A stretch of 64,000 bases of DNA from Longimicrobiales bacterium (GCA_965204735.1 OZ242008.1:1152001-1216000), one strand, 5' to 3'. Shown: positions 48,227 through 58,946, counted from the stretch's first letter. A program made the numbers and translations. Notes: generated from the sequence alone by a model not told the origin.

Positions 48227-50829
48227 TGGCGGGAGTTTGCTGGCGGACGAGACGGCGCCGCCGCGGGACGACGGGCGGGCTTCGGCCCCGACGCCGGGGT
48301 CAGCACGAGTTGGGCGCGAACCCGGCCAGCCGCCTGCAGCTCCCTCTGGGTGCGGGGAAACCGCAAGTCCTCGAGCTCGCCCGCGACCCAATGGACGAGG
48401 CGGTCGTCGTAGTCGCTGCTCGCGGGGTTGCCCGACTGTCCGCCGGGGAAGGTCCCTCGCGCCCGCGTCTGGTCCCCCACTTCCACGACCATCCGCCAGC
48501 TGGCGCCGTGGGTTCCCGTTCCCGTCATGGGGCTGAGAAGACCGGGGCCACCGCCGGTGGCAAGGTCCAGGCGGGAGAGAGCGGGCAGGCGCAACAGGTG
48601 GCGAACGTTGTGGTGCCCGAAGTTGCGCCAAGCCCATCCGCCGCCGTTCGGGGGGCCGTGCTCGCCGCGGACTCGCTCCAGCGCGGCGCCGAGCGCCCGG
48701 ACCACGATGGCGTCCCGGTCTTCGGTCTCGGGGGTCGCCACGTCGTCCCACCAGGGGCTGTCGGGCTGCTCGAGCAGCGACCACAGTACTTGTTCCCTGG
48801 GGACGGCCACGCGCGCGCTCGTGCCGGCGGCGCGGTCGTCGGTGTCGGCCAGCTCGTCCCAAAGGGCGTCTTCGAGCGCTTCCATGGCCGCCTCGAAGAG
48901 GACGGCGCGTTGGTTGGCGAGGTCGTAGCGGCCGTCCCACTCCTCGAGCAGGCGAAAGGCCGCGGCGGCCTCCGGGGGCAGGCCGTCACGCTCGGCGACC
49001 TGGGACGCGATCGCAAGGACCGCCCCCCTGAAGCTTCGGGCGCGCGCGCTTGCCGGGTGGGTCTGGTACGCCTCCATGTCCTGCGTTGCGTGTCGCTCCC
49101 GGTCCCGCAGGAGTTCGTTGATGGTGAGGGCGCGCCACGGGTCCGGCCAGTCCGCCCCGAGGTAGGCAGGCTCCATCTCCGGGTCGTAGGGCTGCTGGTT
49201 GGCTGAAGCCAGGTAGCCCTGCTCCGGGTCGCGTACAGGCGGGCAGCAGGGAGCGCGGCCCAGCCAGTCGGCGGCCCGCGTGGCGCCGTCGTGAACGATG
49301 TCGCCCCGGACGCCGTCCGGCCGCAGCGGAAACCACCCGAGGCTCCGGACAGCGATCCCTCCGCCGCGCCCCGCCACCATCCCGTTCTGGGCCGGGGCGT
49401 GCCAGCCGTCCATCGCGTCGAGCCACTCGTCCACGGAGCGCGCGCGGGCCGCGCCCATCAGCGAGCCCAGCTCCTTCTGGCCTTCCAGCACCGTCCAGCG
49501 GAGCGACATGGGCTCGCCGGCGACGTCGAGGAGGGGACCCCGGTGGGTGCTCCGAACCGTGTCGGCCGCCAGAAGTTCGCCGCTCGGTCCCCGAAAGCGC
49601 TCCACGCGAACGTCCAGCGGTTCCCAGGCGCCGTCGAGGTAGTAGCGGGTCGGGGCGTCGGGGTCGTCCAGCCGCTCCCGGTAGTAGTCCATCACGTCGG
49701 CGCCGGTGTTGGTGAAGCTCCACGCCACGTCCCTGTTGAACCCGATCACGATCCCCGGCACGCCCGCCAAGGTGACCCCGTACACGTCCATCTCGCCCGG
49801 CACCACCAAGTGCGCCTCGTACCAGATGCTCGGCAGGCTCAGGGAAAGGTGGGGGTCGCCGGCCAGGATCGGGTTGCCGGATGCGGAGCGGGACGGGCCG
49901 ACGGCCCAGTTGTTGCTTCCCAGGGCGGGAGCGCGGGCGCCGTAGTGGGACGCCGGGCAATGGACCGGCGTCGGGCCGATGCAGGACGTCCGACCAAGGT
50001 CCGGCCCCGAGCCGATTTCGACCGGCGTCGGGCCGTCGTCCGCCGCCGCCCCGGGTTCTGGGATATGAGGGGCCGGAAGACGCCCGCCCACCCATCGTGC
50101 TCCCTCGTGCGGCACAATAGGCTCTTGGATCGGGGCGTCGGCGGGAAAAAGGGCGTCGGCGGCTTCGCGGCCCACTCGAGCGGTCACCCGTTCCTTGAGG
50201 AGCTCCACCGGCGAGAAGGCGAGTATCCATCCCATGCGCTTGAGCAGGTAGAAGGTGTGCACGGGCTGCCAAGGGGCGGGCGCGGCGCCCAGGAGGTGGT
50301 ACTCGAAGGGCTTCTCTTCGGGCGAAAGGCTGCCGATGAAGGCGTTCACGCCGTCGGCGTAGGCGACCAGAGCTTCGGCGACTTCCGGGTCCTGGTCCGC
50401 AAGGCGAGCGAAGTCCCGCTCGGCCGCTTTCGCCAACCCAAGCCTTCGGACCTGAACGTCTGTTTCCAGCAGCGCCGCGCCGGCCACTTCCGAGAGGGTG
50501 CCGGCGGTGGCCCGGGTCTGCATCTCCATCTGAAAGAGGCGGTCGCGGGCGACCACGTATCCCAGCGCCCGGTAGGCGTCGGCAGTCGTGGACGCGAAGA
50601 CGTGGGGCACCCGCCGGTCGTCGTAGGCGACGCGAACGTCGTGGCCAAGTCCGGGAATCGACGCGGCGAACGAATCGGGCAGCTCCGCCGAGCGCGCGAC
50701 GCTCCAAATCCCATGAACCGGGTCGAGCAACGGCCCCAGCGCAGGCAATGGTCCGACGCGCCGAGAGGCGGACGCCAGCAGAACCCCCAGCGCCGCCGAC
50801 CACAGGACCAGACGCGGGAACGGCCTCAC
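48223..50829 (-). CDS. penicillin acylase family (Ntn-hydrolase) protein
   Basis: [30 protein letters not shown] start after AGGAG; N-terminal hydrophobic segment. Confidence 0.93.
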   Translation of the reverse strand: MRPFPRLVLWSAALGVLLASASRRVGPLPALGPLLDPVHGIWSVARSAELPDSFAASIPGLGHDVRVAYDDRRVPHVFASTTADAYRALGYVVARDRLFQMEMQTRATAGTLSEVAGAALLETDVQVRRLGLAKAAERDFARLADQDPEVAEALVAYADGVNAFIGSLSPEEKPFEYHLLGAAPAPWQPVHTFYLLKRMGWILAFSPVELLKERVTARVGREAADALFPADAPIQEPIVPHEGARWVGGRLPAPHIPEPGAAADDGPTPVEIGSGPDLGRTSCIGPTPVHCPASHYGARAPALGSNNWAVGPSRSASGNPILAGDPHLSLSLPSIWYEAHLVVPGEMDVYGVTLAGVPGIVIGFNRDVAWSFTNTGADVMDYYRERLDDPDAPTRYYLDGAWEPLDVRVERFRGPSGELLAADTVRSTHRGPLLDVAGEPMSLRWTVLEGQKELGSLMGAARARSVDEWLDAMDGWHAPAQNGMVAGRGGGIAVRSLGWFPLRPDGVRGDIVHDGATRAADWLGRAPCCPPVRDPEQGYLASANQQPYDPEMEPAYLGADWPDPWRALTINELLRDRERHATQDMEAYQTHPASARARSFRGAVLAIASQVAERDGLPPEAAAAFRLLEEWDGRYDLANQRAVLFEAAMEALEDALWDELADTDDRAAGTSARVAVPREQVLWSLLEQPDSPWWDDVATPETEDRDAIVVRALGAALERVRGEHGPPNGGGWAWRNFGHHNVRHLLRLPALSRLDLATGGGPGLLSPMTGTGTHGASWRMVVEVGDQTRARGTFPGGQSGNPASSDYDDRLVHWVAGELEDLRFPRTQRELQAAGRVRAQLVLTPASGPKPARRPAAAPSRPPANSRQ

Positions 50830-50946
50830 CGCCCTGCTCCTCGAGTCCCCTGGCGCGGCCCGCGCCGGCAAGAAGGCGCTCGCGCTGGACTGCGCCGCTT
50901 CACGGTGGGCGCGGACCGGCGACGCAACACCGGCGACGAAGCCACG

Positions 50947-53880
50947 TCAGGCGCGCGTGGTCTTTCCGCCGTGAACGGTGGGCTCGGCGCACCAGCTGTC
51001 GCGCAGCGCCGCCAAGCTGTCCAGAAGCTCCTCGGACAGCCCCAGCACGTCCACCAGCAGCGCCCGGTCCAGATCCTGACGCACCGGGTCGCGGTACGCC
51101 TCGTTGGCGGGCAACATCTTGCGGTCGCGAAAGTCGGCGAACGCGGCTTGGGCACGGGCCGACTGCTCTTCCGACAGCGCCCGCGCATCAAGTGCAAGCA
51201 GGTCGGGCAGGCGACTGATCGTCACCCTGGCCCTTCCCTGCTGCTGTCTGGACCCGATCCACCAAAAGCACATCAGCCCCAACGTGCTGTTTGCCCAAAG
51301 CGCCAGCGGCTTCTCCCACGATTCGCGCTCCGCGACGAAGTTCGGCCAAGCGACGCCGCCGATGCTCTTCTCCGGCGTCAGGCAGGCGGCCAAGCTCTGC
51401 GAGTTGAGGCGGAAGTCCAAGTTGAAGTGGAGCTTGGACGCCGTGCTCTGCCACACCTCTACGGCCTCCGCTCCCTTGCCCTCCCGGACGACGCCCTCTC
51501 TGTCGGGAGCGACCACCAAGCGTCGTTCGCGGTCGGCGTCGTGAGCCCAAAGGACCGGGTACAACGGCCGGTCGCGCGCAACCAGAATGTCGAACGGACC
51601 CCTGGGCGCGCCGCCGGGGTGCTTGCCCGAGATGTCCCGGTGAAGCAGCCCTCGCCTTCCGAGCCGGCCCAAGGGTGCGACCGGAACCGCGGGGCGTTCG
51701 CTTGTCCTGGGAAGCGCGAGCGTGCCCGCCCGAAGCGACAGCATGGCCTCCGCCAGCGTCGGCTCCCGCAACGCCGCGCATCCGCCCTCCGCCAACGGCG
51801 CGCGAACGAAGCTGCCGGCGTCGTCGGCATCGCCCAGCTTCAGCCGTCCGCTTCGGCGCTGCGGGTCGATCCGCCGCACGACGTCGGCCAGCACCGCCGC
51901 CTCCCCCAGCGTGCGCGGACGGCGAAGCAGGTTGACGAAAAGGGCGTCTCCCGGCTCCGGCGCCGCTTCGGCGCTGCGCTTCCTGGTGCCGACGACCAGC
52001 GCTTCCGCCATCCCCGTGTCCGCCGAGAACGCCCGCTCCGTCTTGCCGCTGGCCGCGATCGACACCACCAGCACGTCCTCGTAGTGGCGGGCCAGCAGGA
52101 CCCGGGCCGCCTTCCACGAACTGCCCTGCACGAAGGCGGCGGGCAGCACCAAGGCGACTACCCCGCCGGGCTTCGCCTTTACATGAGCCAAGTCCACGAA
52201 GTACGACGCCAGCCCCGCGTTTCCCGCCCCGGCCGGTTCGTCCAGCCCTTTTCGCAGCCGGGCGAGCTTGCCCGACATGGCCTTCTGCTCGGCTTGCGAC
52301 GTCTCGAAGCCCGCGAACGACGGCACCGGGATCGTCGTGGACTCGTGGTTGGTGGGCCGCGTGAACGGGGGATTCATGATCAGCAGGTCGCCGCTCTCGT
52401 CGGAGAGGTCCACCACGTGCGGGTCGGCGGCCTCTTCGGCCTCGCCTGTGCCGCGAACCTGCTTGCGGCCCGTGCCGAAGGCGTCGATCTGCAGGCTTGG
52501 GCCCGTGCCCATCAGGGATCGCGCCGACTCCTGGCCCAAGAGGTCCAGCGATCCGATGGAGAGCGGACGGCCCGTTTCCGACGGCTGCTCCCCATAGGGC
52601 ATCGTCACGATGCGCGTGCCGCCGAAGGGGACGGTCGGATGAGCGCCCGACAGGATCGAGGCCGTCAGGTGCGTTGCGGCTGGCATGATGTCCGCCGCGA
52701 TCAAGGCCCCCTCCATCATCCCGGCATGGATGTGCTGGTCGTCTCCGGCGGCGCGGCGGTGACGGGCGCGGACCGATTGGTAGGCGGCGTTCAACAGGGT
52801 GCCGGTCCCGCACGCCAAGTCGGCGATCCGTAGTCCGCACACGTCCTCAGGACTGCCCCACTCCACGTCCAGGCGCGGAACCGACAGCTCCGACAACAGC
52901 GTCGCCGACGCCGGCAAGGTGTAGAAGGTGGCCAAGAACTTCCGGTCCACGATCAGACGCTGGAACATCTGGCCCGACAAGTCGTGCGTCCCCGCCGCGC
53001 CCATCTGGGCCAAGCTCCTTGCCGCGGGCACCAGTCTGTTCAGGACCACGCACCCAAGGTCAACGGGAAACGGCCGCAGCAGGTCGGTGGCTATCTTGAA
53101 GATCGGCCAGTAGTTGATCTCGCGCAGGATTCTGCGCCAGCAGTCCAGGACCAGGGCCTTGTCGAAGTTGCCCGTGTTCTGGAAGCGCAAGTCGTCGAGC
53201 GGCGAAATGTCGTGGGAACCCTCGATCGTTGCGTGAAAGGTGAGCGCGTTGGCGACGATCGCCATCGCCATCCGCGTGGTCTGCTCGCTCGGCTCCTGGT
53301 GCAGCACGGCGGAGATGCGGTCCAGCGTATTCTTGTTCTGCCACCGCACGAGTTCTTCTAGCCGAAACGCTGCTTGCCGGACCGCGACTTCGAGGATCTC
53401 GGTGCCCTCGGCCACCTGCCGTTCCGACAGGGCTGCGTGTTCGATGCACGCCGCCAAGTCGTTCGCGTCTCCGTCCAGCCATCCTGCTTCCGGCCAGCGG
53501 GCGGGCGCCTCGGGCTCGCCCGCAAGAACGGCGTAACGAAACCGAGCTTCCGCGACCCGGCTCGAGAGCCGGCCCTGGTCGCTCCGAAGCTCCCGAGGCA
53601 ACAAGACGGCGATGGCCTGCTCTACAACTTGACCAGGGTCGTCCACGACTTGGCCCAGCCGAGCGCAAGCGTCTCGCTCGACTCCTGCACCGGGCGCAAA
53701 CTCCGTCTCGAGGACCACGACTTGACCGCCGGGATGACGAACTACGATGTCTGGACGCCTAGCTGCCTCCCGCAGGACGCGCGACTGCTCGACGCCGATC
53801 CCGTCCCGCCAAGCCGGGTGCTTGGTGCGCAGGACTTCGCCCAGCTGCACGTTGACGGTCGCTTCGCTGTTGGTCGGCAT
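50947..53880 (-). CDS. fused putative nuclease / amino-methyltransferase (type IIG-like RM protein)
   Basis: N-terminal RPDI..LETEF; motif X TFYT, motif I DLACGTGTLL, motif IV NPPF, KPGGVVALVLP; long C-terminal putative specificity region. Confidence 0.8.
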   Translation of the reverse strand: MPTNSEATVNVQLGEVLRTKHPAWRDGIGVEQSRVLREAARRPDIVVRHPGGQVVVLETEFAPGAGVERDACARLGQVVDDPGQVVEQAIAVLLPRELRSDQGRLSSRVAEARFRYAVLAGEPEAPARWPEAGWLDGDANDLAACIEHAALSERQVAEGTEILEVAVRQAAFRLEELVRWQNKNTLDRISAVLHQEPSEQTTRMAMAIVANALTFHATIEGSHDISPLDDLRFQNTGNFDKALVLDCWRRILREINYWPIFKIATDLLRPFPVDLGCVVLNRLVPAARSLAQMGAAGTHDLSGQMFQRLIVDRKFLATFYTLPASATLLSELSVPRLDVEWGSPEDVCGLRIADLACGTGTLLNAAYQSVRARHRRAAGDDQHIHAGMMEGALIAADIMPAATHLTASILSGAHPTVPFGGTRIVTMPYGEQPSETGRPLSIGSLDLLGQESARSLMGTGPSLQIDAFGTGRKQVRGTGEAEEAADPHVVDLSDESGDLLIMNPPFTRPTNHESTTIPVPSFAGFETSQAEQKAMSGKLARLRKGLDEPAGAGNAGLASYFVDLAHVKAKPGGVVALVLPAAFVQGSSWKAARVLLARHYEDVLVVSIAASGKTERAFSADTGMAEALVVGTRKRSAEAAPEPGDALFVNLLRRPRTLGEAAVLADVVRRIDPQRRSGRLKLGDADDAGSFVRAPLAEGGCAALREPTLAEAMLSLRAGTLALPRTSERPAVPVAPLGRLGRRGLLHRDISGKHPGGAPRGPFDILVARDRPLYPVLWAHDADRERRLVVAPDREGVVREGKGAEAVEVWQSTASKLHFNLDFRLNSQSLAACLTPEKSIGGVAWPNFVAERESWEKPLALWANSTLGLMCFWWIGSRQQQGRARVTISRLPDLLALDARALSEEQSARAQAAFADFRDRKMLPANEAYRDPVRQDLDRALLVDVLGLSEELLDSLAALRDSWCAEPTVHGGKTTRA

Positions 53881-53933
53881 TGGTCACCTGACTTTCGGAC
53901 GCAATAGAGAAGAACCCACAGAAACGACGAACG

Positions 53934-55187
53934 CTAACTTGTTCCGCCCCCTGCCCCCACCCGGAACGGCTGGCGCCGCATGTAGGTCAGCGTCCGCCAC
54001 AGCCACTCGAGCGGCCCGAAGCGGAAGCGTCGCAGCCACCACGGCGACCAAGCCAGCTGCACCCCCCACACGACGACCACGACGACCGCCTGGCCCACGC
54101 CGCCGATCCGCCCGAACATGCCGAGCCCGTGCCCGTAGAAGAACAGCGTGCAGAGGACGCTCTGGGCGATGTAGTTGGTCAGCGCCATCCTGCCCGTCGC
54201 CGCCAGCCGCCGCTGAAGCCGGGGGAGACGGTCGGACCGGACCGCCAGCATCACCAGCGCCAGATACCCCAAGAAGACGCCGAGCGAGCCCACGTAGTTG
54301 AAGAGCGTCCCCTGGAACATCGAGCGCTCCACGGAGAAGCCGGCGTTCACGTTGTACGCGATCCCCGCCGCCGCCAGCGGCAGTCCCGCGGCCAGCCCAA
54401 CAGCCGCCGTCCGCCGGTAGAACGCCGACGAACGCGACGCCGACAGGACGCCCAGCCGGTAGAGGGCCATGCCCACGAGCATCAGCCCTCCTGCGCGCCA
54501 GAGGAAGTACACGAGGAAGACGTCCGTCTGGAGCCCGAGGGCTTCGCCGGCCCTGTACGGCATCTGATCCAGCCATCCGCCCCGGAACGCCGCCGTCTCG
54601 GCCGCCAGCTCCGACGGCGGGGGCGACCACTCCGCCGCCAGCGCCGCGCGCTCCGCCTCCGGCCAATAGGGAAGGGAAAGGCCCAAGGTCAGCCAGAGAG
54701 CCACGACCACGGCCACCATGCATCCGCCGGCGATCAGCAGGAAGCGGGGCCGGGCGTTGCGCAGCGGGTAGAGCAGGAGGCCGCAGAGGGCGTACGCGAC
54801 CAGGATGTCGCCGTGCCAGATCAGGTAGGCGTGGGCCAATCCGAAGACGAGGAGCCAGAGCTGACGGCGGCAGTGGAGGCCGGTCGCCGGGAGTCCCCGC
54901 CGGGCCATGCGGTCGGCGGTCATCGCCATCCCGGCGCCGAAGAGCACCGAGAAGATCGAGATGAACTTGGTGTCGGCGAAGAGGACGGTGGCGGCCCACA
55001 CCCAGAAGGAAGCGCCGTCCAGTCCATCGCCCACCGCCGGGTTCAAGTAGGCCACCGACACCGTCGCGAAGCCCCGGACGTTGACGATCAGGATGCCCAG
55101 CACGGCGAACCCCCGCAGCACGTCGATGGCGACGATGCGGTCGGTACGGGCTGTGGGAGCAGGCGCGTGCGACGGGGTCTGGGACAA
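53934..55187 (-). CDS. DUF418 (YeiB-like) membrane protein
   Basis: IDVLRGFAVLGIL, FSVLFG, GDILVAY, GRMALTNY, GPLEWLWR. Confidence 0.92.
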   Translation of the reverse strand: MSQTPSHAPAPTARTDRIVAIDVLRGFAVLGILIVNVRGFATVSVAYLNPAVGDGLDGASFWVWAATVLFADTKFISIFSVLFGAGMAMTADRMARRGLPATGLHCRRQLWLLVFGLAHAYLIWHGDILVAYALCGLLLYPLRNARPRFLLIAGGCMVAVVVALWLTLGLSLPYWPEAERAALAAEWSPPPSELAAETAAFRGGWLDQMPYRAGEALGLQTDVFLVYFLWRAGGLMLVGMALYRLGVLSASRSSAFYRRTAAVGLAAGLPLAAAGIAYNVNAGFSVERSMFQGTLFNYVGSLGVFLGYLALVMLAVRSDRLPRLQRRLAATGRMALTNYIAQSVLCTLFFYGHGLGMFGRIGGVGQAVVVVVVWGVQLAWSPWWLRRFRFGPLEWLWRTLTYMRRQPFRVGAGGGTS

Positions 55188-55371
55188 ATCCGGGGCCGGG
55201 GGGCCGGCGGGCGCCGGCAGGGATTCGGGAGCGGTCGCGGGGCAACTCCGCCGATCCTGTTCGGAGTCTGGCGGGACCGCTCATATTAGCGCGCGGGCGC
55301 CGAAGGTGACAGAGTGACGGGCGGGCCGGCCGCGGGCGTCGGCGCCAAGACTGCGAGGAAGGACGGATGCA

Positions 55372-56838
55372 ATGATCGGACGGAAGACTCGACACGGACG
55401 GAGGGCTCGACGCGCCTTGGCAACCTGCTTGCTGGGCGGGTTCGCCGCATGGCCGGCGACTGCCTGCGGGCCGGCGGCGGGATCGGGTTCGGGTTCGGGC
55501 GCTCCCGAAGCAACCGACGGCGGAGCGCAGAGCGTCACGGTGTTCGCCAACGTCGGCGTGCTCCCCATGACCTCCGAGACGGTCCTTTCGGGACAGACCG
55601 TGGTCGTGGTCGGGGAAGCGATCCGCGAAGTGGGGCCGGCCGACGAAGTGGAGACGCCTGCGGGAGCGACGGTCGTGGACGGCGCCGGCCGCTACCTGAT
55701 GCCCGGCTTGGCGGAGATGCACGCCCACGTGCCTCCCGGCGCCGACCCTCCACGGGACGCCGTCGAGGACATTCTCTTCCTCTACGTGGCCAACGGCATC
55801 ACCACGATCCGGGGGATGCTCGGCTCCGCGTACCAGCTCCCCCTTGCAGACGAGCTGGAGCGGCGCGAGGTCCTGGGGCCGAACTTCTACGTCGGGGCGC
55901 CTTCGATCAACGGCGGCTCCGCGCCCACGCCGGCGGACGCCGAGCGGCTGGTCCGCGCCCACAAGGAGGCGGGCTACGACCTGCAGAAGATCCATCCCGG
56001 CGTGTCCAGGGAGACGTGGGACAGGATGGTGGAGGTGGCCGCGGAAGTGGAGATCACCTACGGCGGCCACGTTCCGGCCGACGTTGGGCTGGTGCACGCA
56101 GTCGAGACGGGCATCTCCACCGTCGACCACCTGGACGGCTACGTGCAGGCCATAGCCTCCGACGACGTTCAGGCCCAGGTCGGCGCCGGACCGATCCGCC
56201 TGGGCGGCCTGGCCCGCGGCGTCGACGAGGGGAAGCTGGCCGAGATCGTGCAGCTGACGATCGACCGGGACGTGTACGTGGTGCCCACGATGTACCTGTG
56301 GGAGAACCTGTACGGCGCCCCCGACGTGGACGCGATGCTCGCCCAGCCCGAGATGAAGTACGTCTCTTCCCGGCAGCACGCGGCATGGCGGCGCCAGGCC
56401 GGGGGCGGACCCAGGGGCGCTCCGGACGAGGTCGAGACCTACCTGGAGCTTCGGAAGCGCATCCTGAAGGCCCTCTCCGACGCGGGCGCCGGAATCCTCA
56501 TGGGGACCGACTCGCCGCAGCTCTTCAACGTTCCCGGCTTTGCGCTCCATCGGGAGATCGCAGTCATGTCGGAGGCCGGGATGTCCAACTACGAGGTCCT
56601 TCGGAGCGGCACGGCGGCCGTCGGCGAGTACGTGGCGGACCACCTGGGACTCGACGGCGGCTTCGGGACGGTGGCGGAGGGACAGCGGGCCGACCTGGTG
56701 CTGCTGAACGCCAACCCGCTCGACGACCTGGCCAACCTGATGGACCGCGCCGGGGTGATGGTGCGGGGACGCTGGGTCGGCGGCGAGGAGATCGACGAGC
56801 GGCTGGCGGCGCTGGCCGCCAAGCACGCAGGCGGCTGA
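55372..56838 (+). CDS. amidohydrolase family protein, probably exported
   Basis: MPGLAEMHAH, NGITTIR, GTDSP, RADLVLL..NPL; signal-like N-terminus ending ATAC. Confidence 0.88.
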   Translation: MIGRKTRHGRRARRALATCLLGGFAAWPATACGPAAGSGSGSGAPEATDGGAQSVTVFANVGVLPMTSETVLSGQTVVVVGEAIREVGPADEVETPAGATVVDGAGRYLMPGLAEMHAHVPPGADPPRDAVEDILFLYVANGITTIRGMLGSAYQLPLADELERREVLGPNFYVGAPSINGGSAPTPADAERLVRAHKEAGYDLQKIHPGVSRETWDRMVEVAAEVEITYGGHVPADVGLVHAVETGISTVDHLDGYVQAIASDDVQAQVGAGPIRLGGLARGVDEGKLAEIVQLTIDRDVYVVPTMYLWENLYGAPDVDAMLAQPEMKYVSSRQHAAWRRQAGGGPRGAPDEVETYLELRKRILKALSDAGAGILMGTDSPQLFNVPGFALHREIAVMSEAGMSNYEVLRSGTAAVGEYVADHLGLDGGFGTVAEGQRADLVLLNANPLDDLANLMDRAGVMVRGRWVGGEEIDERLAALAAKHAGG

Positions 56839-56904
56839 ATCGGGCCGGGGGGCGGATTCGGTCGCACGCCGCTGACCACCTCGCTGGCTGCCCAGCGCCG
56901 ACCG

Positions 56905-58140
56905 CTAGTCGAGCGCCGCCACTTCCTCCATCAGCTCTCGCAGGCCGATCGCCTCGACGCCGCCTCCCTTGGGGTAGCGCTCGTTGCCTCCGTAGACGAG
57001 GAACGCTCTGTCCACGGGAATGTCCTGCAGCGCGACGCGGAACCCCTTGGGCAACCGGGGCGCCGTGCTGCGCTTGATCTCCACCGCCCACCTCCGATTC
57101 CCCGGCAGATCGAGCACCAAGTCGATCTCGGCCCCGGTGGCCGTCCGGTAGAAGCTTGCCTGGGTCCACCCGCTGGCGGCCGCCAGCAGGTTCTCGACGA
57201 CGAAGCCCTCCCAGCTGGCCCCGGCGACGGGATGGCCGAGGAGCTCGTCGTGGTCCGAGATGCGGAGGAGCGCGTGGACGATTCCGCTGTCGCGAACGTA
57301 GACCTTCGGCGACTTGACGAGGCGCTTGCGCACGTTGGCGTGAAGAGGAGGCAGGCGGCGCACCAGCAGCAGATCGACCATCAAGTCCAGGTAGCGGGCG
57401 ACGGTCTTGCCGTCCACGCCCAAGCTGCGGGCCAGCTTGGCGCCGTTCCATACGCCGCCTTGCGAGTGGGCGAGCATCGTCCAGAAGCGCCGCAGCACGA
57501 CCGCGGGGACGCGAGGGCCCAGCTCGGGCACGTCCCGCTCCAGGTAGGTGCGCACGAAGCTCTCGCGCCACAGGGCGCTCGCCCGCGCGTCCGGAGCGAG
57601 AAACGACAGGGGGAAGCCGCCCCGGACCCACAGGCGCGTCGCCTCCGCCGGTCCCACCTCGCGCACGTCCAGGGGCGTCAGTTCCAAGTGTCCGATCCGG
57701 CCCGCCAGGCTCTCTCCCGACTGGCGAAGCAGCTCGACCGACGCGGAGCCCAGGATCAGGAACTGGCCCGCCGGCTCGCCTGCGAAGATGCGCTCGTCGA
57801 TGACTCCCCGCAGCGTCTGGAAGAGCTCGGGGGCGCGGTGGATCTCGTCCAGGACGACGAGTCGGTCGCGAACGGAACTCAAGTAGCCGGCCGCGTCGGA
57901 GAGTCGCTCCAGATGAGCGGGGTTCTCCAAGTCCAGGTAGAGGCCCGGCTCACGCCTGGCCGGTGAGTCGCTGCTCGGTCCGCCGCTCGCGGGTCCTTCG
58001 CGGACGCCCTGCTCCGCAACGAACCGGGCCAGGGTCGTCTTGCCGACCTGACGCGGTCCCAACAGCGCAACGGCGGGAAAGAGCTCGAGGTGCGCCAGCA
58101 GGCGCTGGTAGATGCGCCGGGGAACGATCGGAGAGCTCAT
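56905..58140 (-). CDS. AAA_14 ATPase with C-terminal DUF4143 (PD-(D/E)xK-like) domain
   Basis: GPRQVGKTT, LDEIH, LGSAS, ESLAGR, RGGFP, KSPKVYVRDSG, EIDL..VEIK. Confidence 0.92.
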   Translation of the reverse strand: MSSPIVPRRIYQRLLAHLELFPAVALLGPRQVGKTTLARFVAEQGVREGPASGGPSSDSPARREPGLYLDLENPAHLERLSDAAGYLSSVRDRLVVLDEIHRAPELFQTLRGVIDERIFAGEPAGQFLILGSASVELLRQSGESLAGRIGHLELTPLDVREVGPAEATRLWVRGGFPLSFLAPDARASALWRESFVRTYLERDVPELGPRVPAVVLRRFWTMLAHSQGGVWNGAKLARSLGVDGKTVARYLDLMVDLLLVRRLPPLHANVRKRLVKSPKVYVRDSGIVHALLRISDHDELLGHPVAGASWEGFVVENLLAAASGWTQASFYRTATGAEIDLVLDLPGNRRWAVEIKRSTAPRLPKGFRVALQDIPVDRAFLVYGGNERYPKGGGVEAIGLRELMEEVAALD

Positions 58141-58141
58141 C

Positions 58142-58176
58142 CCTGCAAATTAGGTGTAGCATTCCAGAATTGCAAG
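58142..58176 (-). promoter_or_regulatory. leaderless promoter overlapped by an imperfect palindrome
   Basis: Minus strand TTGCAA-17 nt-TAATTT-6 nt-ATG; arms CTTGCAATT / AATTTGCAGG. Confidence 0.6.
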
Positions 58177-58289
58177 CGCGTTTCAGTGATGCAACTCGAG
58201 CCACCGGCGGGAGACATGCCGGCCGGGCCGCGACGACGGCTAGCCGGTCGCTTCTCCGTGCGCCGGAAAGGCCGCCCGGCGGCAAGGCG

Positions 58290-58946
58290 TCAGCGAACTC
58301 GGTGCGTCGCTTCTCCGCGCGCCGGAAAGGGTACTGGCAGCGCCGCGAAATCGAAGGCTCCGGGGAAGTCGGGCTCGACCTCCTTCTGCTTGCCGCTCCA
58401 AGTCTCCACGTCGATCCGGTAGACGGCGGTCCGCTTGAGCTCGTCGTCGGTGGTGGGCCGATAGTCGATGCCGGGCTTCAGGTGGGGCGCGTACTTGTCC
58501 AGCAGCATCTGGAGGGCGGACTTGGCCTCGACCCGGTCGGACACGACCCGTCCCCTGCCGAACGCCGTCACGCCCGCGTACTCCACGGAGAACTCCAGCG
58601 CTTCGGGCGCGGGAAGGAGCCGTCCCATGGCGACGGCGCTGAACGCCACGCGCTCCGCCGCTTCCAGGTTCCGGCGCGTGCGGCCCGTCCTGTGGGTGTG
58701 GAGGTAGATTCGCCGCTCGTGGCCGGTCTCCTCGAAGACGAAGAGGTTGGAGTTGAGGAACGGCTGTCCGTCCTCGTCCACGGTGGCCAGGAAGCCGTAG
58801 GGCGCGTGCCGAAGGAACGCGGCCGCCCAGGCGTCGTCCTTGCCGCGGTCGCGACGGCGGACGGCGGTGCGCGGGTCGTCGCGGCCGGCGTTGCAGGCTC
58901 CAGGCTTCGGCGGGTTGGAGGGAGGGACCGACTGCGGCGGGCTCAA
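58290..58946 (-). CDS. pyridoxamine 5'-phosphate oxidase-like flavin-binding protein (NimA/Pyridox_ox_2 family)
   Basis: VRRRDR, GFLAT..GQPF, IYLHT..G, YAGVTAFG, WSGK; start approximate. Confidence 0.85.
   Translation of the reverse strand: MSPPQSVPPSNPPKPGACNAGRDDPRTAVRRRDRGKDDAWAAAFLRHAPYGFLATVDEDGQPFLNSNLFVFEETGHERRIYLHTHRTGRTRRNLEAAERVAFSAVAMGRLLPAPEALEFSVEYAGVTAFGRGRVVSDRVEAKSALQMLLDKYAPHLKPGIDYRPTTDDELKRTAVYRIDVETWSGKQKEVEPDFPGAFDFAALPVPFPARGEATHRVR

Noticed and set aside
50915..50938. ACCGGCGACG direct repeat downstream of the RM-like gene as a possible insertion scar
   Set aside because: Short, GC-rich, and no matching copy seen at the other end of the gene
49291..52833. 1180-aa + strand ORF
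   Set aside because: Antisense to the acylase and methyltransferase genes, which carry the real motifs
50947..53880. BREX PglX or DISARM methylase assignment
   Set aside because: No partner genes of either system in the window
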